Shown here: one piece after another, positions 56,644-64,000 of the stretch
Layout of the letters: every line of letters begins with the position of its first letter
How positions within the stretch are numbered: the first letter of the stretch is position 1
NCBI GenBank assembly: GCA_964016885.1
Contig: OZ024742.1
Location: 195,362,001 to 195,426,000 of the forward strand
Direction: 5' to 3'
DNA length: 64,000 nucleotides
Source: Eledone cirrhosa
Lineage: Eukaryota
Translations under genes and position numbers: made by a program
Notes under the pieces: model-generated
What the model saw: the letters and a program-made list of their open reading frames with translations, nothing else
What the model was told of the DNA's origin: nothing
Databases searched by the model: none

Positions 56644-57859
56644 CATGTGTATGCTTGTGTGTGTGTCTATGGGTTTGATGAATATGTATCAGTATGTTTA
56701 CGGTATCTCTATAACAGCTGGACAGCTCCCAGTTATTAGATAATGTTCTAACTTCAACGATAACAGACAACATATATCATCACTTGTTTATTTCTTGTAT
56801 TACACAGACATCCTGTCTCACTAATACTATATATATATACAGTTTCTTCAGTCGATTGGAAGACTGGACGCTCATCGTCGACACCGGCGAAGGATCTATC
56901 ATGTTGTTACGACATCCTAAGATTAATATGGAGATCACAGTCGTCATTCTTTTATGCTTTGTATTTACTCAAGTAAGTGTCATTTTTCTTTTTTTTTGAA
57001 ATAAAAAAAAAAGAGTGAAGGAGCCTGGTGGCCTAGTGGTAGGGGTTATGGACTCACCGTCAGAAAGTTATGGGTTCGATTTCCAGACCGTACTATGCGT
57101 TGTGCTCTTTGCTGAATAAAGCATTTCATTTCATTTTGCTTCAGTCTATTCGGTTAAATAAAGTTAGCTTTGAGATGGACTAGAGGAGGTGATGTGTTTT
57201 TAGACATTTAACGCCAATGAAACTGGGATAAGTTCCCGACTTCGTCCAACCCAAGCTAGCCATGCTCTGCCTTAGAAGAAAGGCAGAGCATGGCGAGAAA
57301 TTGGGAGCGTGAGGAAGCTATGGAGAAACAGGATTAATGCGTCGATAGATTTAAAAACGTTACCTGGCTCTTGGTTGCCTTTTAACTGAGCCCCCTCTAA
57401 TGCAAGCATTTAGCCCAGTAATCCTGTCTCTCCATAGCTTCCTCACTCCCTTCCCTTCCCCTTCCCACCAGTTTCGAACGCCTTGAAAAGAATCATAAAC
57501 GCTACCCCCTTTCCTTCCAAATTTGAAAACCCTGAAAAGCGTTATGGGCACTGCCCCTCTCTTTCACCCGTCTAGGACGCTCCGAAAGGGGTCACTGGGA
57601 TTACCATTCTCTCCCTGACTAAATATTAAATAAAACATACAAGTGTTTGGATGCTTGTATGGTTAAGGAGCTCACTTCACAACCATGCAGTTTCTGTCTC
57701 AGTTCACGGCACCTTGGGCAAATATCTTCTACTAGTGGTAGATTAAATCCCTTCAAGGCTGTGATCCAGCATGGCCGCAGGCTGATACCAATAAAAACAA
57801 ACAACAATCAAGAGAGGAAATGGTGAATATATGTAGTAGAATTTTTCATGTATTTTAGC

Positions 57860-58015
57860 TTAACCCTTTAGCATTTAAACCGGCCATACCCGGCCAGAAT
57901 TCTCTCACCTCTTTCTGTTCAACCCGGCTGTAACTGGTTACTTATACTGTTGTTAAGGTATTATTCTCAAAATAAATAATATCTTATAGATTCGGTATTA
58001 TGTGAGATAATTATG
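57860..58015 (+). mobile_element. piggyBac-like MITE left end
   Basis: TTAA-CCCTTTAGCATTTAAACCGGCC; matching right end not found. Confidence 0.4.
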
Positions 58016-58139
58016 TAAGATGAAGCCTTTGCCACAAAAATACAACGTAGCTTTTTTGACAGAGTGAAAGTGGAGTGCGGAGAGGAAATGCGTGACGTCC
58101 AATCGAGTATCTTCCATCTCCAGCTAACTTACCCTCCGT

Positions 58140-58270
58140 TTCTGGGTCCCGGCCGACAGGATGGAGAATACATTGCCCCGGAGGACAGTGAAAGAGACAC
58201 GCTGGAACAGCCACCCAGCCTGGCGGGACACGCTCCTGCAGACAGCCAACACCGTTTCGATAGCATTTTA
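58140..58270 (-). mobile_element. CRE-clade non-LTR retrotransposon C-terminal remnant
   Basis: Minus strand QAGWLFQRVSFTVLRGNVFSILSAG matches the FQR.S..V.RGN terminus of CRE-like RLE elements (from recall). Confidence 0.6.
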
Positions 58271-58524
58271 GACTCTAAACCCAACACATCGTGAATGCGA
58301 TCTAAACCAAACACATCGTGAATGCGATTGATTCAATGTTTGTATCTAACAGATGATATTTATTCATATATTCCTGTTGGCATGACTGTGTGTTTGAGTC
58401 GTTCACTTTCTAATTGTGAGGGCTCAGTTCAATCTGACGGCACCAACTGTCCTTCGTTGCCAGCATTGAGGTCAGATTTTTGTTAGAGGATGTCTTCTTT
58501 CTACCCTAACAACAATTTCAGAGA

Positions 58525-58525
58525 T

Positions 58526-58592
<67 letters not shown>

Positions 58593-58740
58593 CGTGGCGG
58601 TGGTGGTGGTGGTAGTGGTGGTAGTAGTAGTAGTAGTGGTCGGTGGTGGTGGTGGTGGTGGTGGTGATGGTATGGTGGTCGTCGTGGTCGTGGTCGTTGT
58701 GGTCGTGGTCCTCGTGGTCGTGGTCGTGGTCGTGGCAGTG

Positions 58741-58799
<59 letters not shown>

Positions 58800-58928
58800 G
58801 GTGGTCGTGGCGGTGGTGGTGGTGGTAGTGGTGGTAGTAGTAGTAGTAGTGGTCGGTGGTGGTGGTGGTGGTGGTGGTGGTGATGGTATGGTGGTCGTCG
58901 TGGTCGTGGTCGTCGTGGTCGTCGTGGC

Positions 58929-58993
<65 letters not shown>
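58525..58993. repeat. Compound trinucleotide array (TAG/TGG/TCG) with a higher-order duplication
   Basis: Block GGTCGTGGCGG...GATGGTATGGTGGTCGTCG occurs twice about 213 bp apart. Confidence 0.9.
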
Positions 58994-58994
<1 letters not shown>

Positions 58995-59914
58995 TCAGCA
59001 ATCCTATTATTAAGTCCGTTCACAAAACTACACCATTCTCTCGTATGTCTGTGTTCTGTGCGAATAAACTATGTATGTATGTATGGATGGATGTGCATGT
59101 ATGTGTGTGTCTATGTATGTATATATGTGTGTATGTTTGTATGTGTGTATGTTTGTATGTATGTATGTATGTGTGTATGTGTGTATGTTTGTATGTATGT
59201 ATGTGTGTATGTATGTGTGTGCGTGTGTGTGTATGTTTGCATGTATGTATGTATATACGTTTGTACGTTTGTATGTATGTATGTATGTATGTATATATGT
59301 ATGTACGTTTGTTCAGTTTATAGTTTGCGTTTGATTTTTTTTTTTTTTTTGCCTTTTATTGTTGTCTTATTGTTTGTTTTTTTGTTTTTTTGTTGTTTTT
59401 TTTTGCTTGTTGCTTTTCTTATTCGATCGATAATCCCTGATGTTTAGATCTATGCAATGTGTAACGGACCGTAATATCCCAGCATATTCATTCATAGAAC
59501 CCATTGCGTAGAGTCTTTTAGAAAATGTTTCTTTATCTTTAACAATCCCTAAGTTTCTACGTATTTTTTTCTTTTTTCTATTTAGTATCTTTGTTTCGAA
59601 AGCTTGGGTTTTAAAGTTTGCCTCTATCTCCGAGGCTCACAGGCCAGAACTTATCCAAGTTTCATGTGGCGTTAAGCGACTGATATTACAAGACTCTCCC
59701 CATTGTTCTTTGGCGGAAGGCTAATCCATCGCTTGGTTAACTTACAGCTGGTGCTACTGCTGCTCGTATACTATATATATGTGTGGGGGGGGGGTCTGTG
59801 TGTGTGTGTGTGTGTGTGTGCGTGTGTATGCATATGTATGTATACATACATTTACAAACATATATATATATATATATATGTATGTACATATATATATATA
59901 TACCTGTATATATG

Positions 59915-59972
<58 letters not shown>

Positions 59973-60066
59973 TATATATATTCCTCTATATATATACATA
60001 CACATGCACATACATATATACACACATATATTCATATATACATACATACATTCATACATACACACA

Positions 60067-60119
<53 letters not shown>

Positions 60120-61049
60120 GCACACGCACATGCATAAATGCTTTAGTGTAAAGTTTAAGCACGGTCGTAGGCATTCGGCAGTTGTGCAGTTCGATTGCAG
60201 CAGGAGTTTCTGTTCATTTTCTCCATCTCTAGGGGTATTTTACATGGCTTATTCAATTATTATTCATAATTAACTGCATTGTAACGGCTTGCAAAACCCC
60301 CGACCTATATAATATATATGTATTAAATTAAATTAATTCAATATAAATGCTCGGATTTACTACTTGGAATATTTGAGCTTATTCCACAGGTGTTATGGTA
60401 CATGATTCTGATATTTTCAGACATGACATCCTTAATATAATTTTGGTAGTATATATTTAAACTCTAATAAAGTGAGGAGCGCGGGACTGCGTACGGTTTA
60501 TAATGTGTTATCCCATTAGTAAAATAAGTTGGATTACTTTGAATAAATAATGAATGAATATTACATAATTTATCTACTAAATTTCGTGGCTGTTGATTAA
60601 ATATATTTTGTTTATTTAAAGATTCACTTCTTTAAAATTTCTGAAATGTCAACACTTCCGGTTGGCCATTGCTTAAATAAACATACTAATTTTCTGTCAC
60701 TAATTTTCTTCTAATGCAGTTTATATATAATATCGTCTTTTTTAATGTATCATGGATTACGTTACTGATTAAATAAGACAGTGTAACACAGTATTCGTTC
60801 AATTTCTATTATTATATATTATCAATTACGATTTTATTTGATGTATCATATCTACATGTATATATACCTGCGTATAATATCAATATACACACTACGCATG
60901 CGAGCAGAAAACCACCCGAAGGGTGGTTTTTCTGCTAGTATATATAATTGGTAAAGAATATCCAAATTTGGGAGATTACATCACCTGTAGAAAGAGTTGC
61001 AATATATTGATATTCATTACAGTAACTTTAATGTCATGTGCGTACAATT

Positions 61050-61560
61050 ATTTCTCTGGCCGTCTGTTTCAGATTTTCTTTATGACAAACTTCCGATCTT
61101 CAGCATATATTGACTCCAATTTGCAATGTTTGTGTTTTTTCCTTCAAACGTAAAAGAGGTCAAAAAGAGAATATGAGTCAGATGTATATATGGAGAGGGG
61201 TGTTTTATAGAGAGATATTGTTAAAGGAAGGGTAAGGGAGGTAATTTGATAGTTATGTGGGATATACATATCTAGACAAGTACGATTAAAGAGGTATAAT
61301 TGTTGAAGGGCCCATAAAGATAGAGAAGAGAAAATTGTTGGGTTTGTAAGGAGCGGTCCTTGTGGAAATAATTTGGAGATATCTGTGATCGGTGAGAGGA
61401 ATCCGTATTTTTTTTTCATCTCATAAAGATGAAATTTTCCAGTTCCTTAAAATATATTTGTGGGTGTGAGGGCAGTAATTGAAGAAATTGACTTATCTAG
61501 AAAGTATTTCTCCTGTCTTTTGTATGAATAACCCGGTGTGTATGAGATTATGTGAAATCT
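61050..61560 (-). mobile_element. Old Penelope-like remnant with a degenerate hammerhead-like motif
   Basis: Decayed coding-like sequence followed by CTGAAGA-TCGGA...TCT-GAAAC-AGACG-GCC at 61057-61103; stem I does not pair. Confidence 0.3.
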
Positions 61561-61610
61561 ATCATTCCATCTACATTCTTTCCCTCTCCTTCTCTTTAAT
61601 CTCTATCTGT

Positions 61611-61679
<69 letters not shown>

Positions 61680-61936
61680 CATATACATATAGATTTGTGT
61701 GTGTGTGTTTATAAAAAGAGAGGAGAATGGAGACAAACAGACAGTCAGACAGGTAGTCTGGCATATATACATGCATGCATACATACATACATACATACAT
61801 ACATTCTGTTCATATAGCCAACGGAGGGATTTTTTTTGCCATTTTATAATAATTAAATAAATCTATGTCCCCGCGCATATACATACATATGCATACACAT
61901 ACATACATACATACATACATACATACATACATACAT

Positions 61937-64000
61937 AATCAAAAGTATAAACAATTGAAAATTTCTATCAACGAAATCTTCCGGAGAGAAATTAACTCAT
62001 GTATAAATATCTCTGGCTGAACGCATTGAAACAACAATGGTAAATAAAAAACCAAATAATGAAATATTACATGCTATTGACGAACTATGAGATGAATATT
62101 TACGACGGGTAAAAACCCCAACATTTTGGCAAATCAACGCTTGTTTATATGCCTTAGCAACGACAGTGAAGCATTATCTTGGTAATAGCAGAGATATTAA
62201 CAAGAACAAAACACCACCAAAAATACCATCATATATAACTAAAATAGAAAAAAACGATTGCTGATCTACGAAAAACCATAGGATATGTGACAATGCTCCT
62301 TACATGCAAACAAAAACAAAAAACCTCACTCCTCACCAACAAAGAGTGAAAAATAAAATAGAAACGATGTTTGGTAACAGTAGAACCAGAACTCTCCAAT
62401 ATAAGCTGATCAGCCTGATTGAGCCTATTCCTCCAAGATCACTGTGAAAATAATAACATCATCACAGATGAACAAGCAGCTGGAAATAAAGGTGTTTGAG
62501 GGTGTGCTGAACAAATCCTAATCAACAAAATTGCGATGTCGGAGGTGCGACAGCTTAGGAGGAATATGGCTAGACTACAGGAAAGCTTTCGATTCTGTTC
62601 CCCACTCTTGGATGATAGAGGCCCTCCGACTTGCTAAAGTCCCAGACATTATTATCAGAACCATAGGGAAGCTGTCTTCTTCTTGGGTTACTATCCTAAA
62701 GTTAAAAACAGAGAAGGAGGACTCTATTTTCACTGATAAAATAGAATATCACAGGGGTATATTTCAAGAAGGCAGTCTCTCTGTGATATTATTTATCCTC
62801 TCATTAAACCCTTTGTCCTTTCTGCTCAGAAATCTGAAGGATACAACATTGGCTCACAGGACAGAAATACGAACTTAACCTATAATTTCTTTGTGGATGA
62901 TCTGAAACTCTATGCCAAGAACATGGATAGGATGAAGAAAAATCTTGACCTGGTTACAACATTCTCAAAGGATATAGGAATGGAATTTGGCCAAGATGAA
63001 TGTTCAAATATGACTGTAAAACGGGGAAAGCAACAACCCAATCAAGCAACATTGTCATCAATGGCCTAACTGTTTCACCGATATCTGATGAGGACTGCTA
63101 CAGATACCTGGGGATAGATGAGAACATATCCTATAACAGTATCTAATAAGGAACGCGTAACCAGGGAATATTACACCCGATTAAGAAAAATATGGTCATC
63201 GGAATTCTCTGCGCACAATAAAATAATGGCTCACAATGTGTTTGCTGTGCCTGACCTAACACCAACGTTTGGAATACTCAATTGGACGATAGACTAAATC
63301 CGAACTGTTGATGTTAGAACTCGAAAAACACTAGACAACGCCGGAAACTTCCACATCAACAGGGATATAGACCACGTCTACTTGAAACGTAAGCAGGGAC
63401 GCAGAGGCCTAACATCAGTCCAGACAGCATTTGAATGTCGCATCATATCCCTCCGACAATATCTACGAACCGCGAAGAGTTGGGAAGGAACTCCTTGAAA
63501 GTTATTCCCTGTGTGATAATCAAAAACTCACACCAATGGAAGTTGCTTAACAGTACCGCAGTGAATCCATGGATGAAAAACTGCATGCTTATCAGCAAAA
63601 AATCATGCATGGATATGTTGCCAGGAAGCTCCAGAGTGAGAGTAATATAGATAAAGAAAGTAGTCTATCTTGGACCAACAACCGCTATATTGGCTCCCAC
63701 TTTGAAGGATACGCTTTTCCAATCCAAGAACAGGAAATTAACACGAAATACCTAATTCACATGCAGTCATATCAGACCAGATATAATGATATGGGACAGG
63801 GAAAAGAAGGCATGTACAGTAGTGGGAGTTAGCTGCCCAGGAGATTCAATATAATATCAAACATTAGCGAAAAGGAGAATATTTACGCAGATCTAATGAG
63901 AAATCTACAGATACTCCACCCCGACTATACATTCAGATTTATGCCTGTGGTTATTGGGGTACTGGGATATGTTAGTAACTGCCTCAATACAAATCTTGAG
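61937..64000 (+). mobile_element. R4/Dong-like non-LTR retrotransposon, degenerate, runs off the window end
   Basis: WLDYRKAFDSVPHSW, GIFQEGSLS.ILF, FFVDDLKLY, YRYLG, HFEGY.F.IQEQEINTKY, FMPVVIGVLG; starts directly after (TACA)n. Confidence 0.88.

Overview
Repeat-saturated animal DNA, most likely an octopus-type cephalopod genome (inferred from the SINE family and microsatellite density). I see no host protein-coding exon, and most ORFs in the supplied track are microsatellite artefacts. The real content is retroelements. (1) Two near-full-length, head-to-tail Tx1-clade LINEs (26.0-37.6 kb) and two 5'-truncated copies, all embedded in (GATA)n in one orientation. (2) Two R4/Dong-like RLE LINE copies that start directly after (TACA)n. 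(3) A Neptune-type Penelope element with an inverted 5' pLTR, plus many Penelope-like fold-back or partial-tandem remnants next to (TA)n. (4) About a dozen hammerhead ribozyme motifs, including forms with 85-116 nt stem II inserts and non-canonical cores. (5) A 1.3-kb non-coding element with a clean minus-strand hammerhead and a candidate plus-strand hammerhead. (6) RTE, CRE, mariner and SINE fragments. The best novelty candidates are microsatellite-specific targeting (Tx1 to GATA, R4 to TACA) and the possibly ambisense ribozyme element. All alignments and folds were done by eye and coordinates may be off by a few bases.
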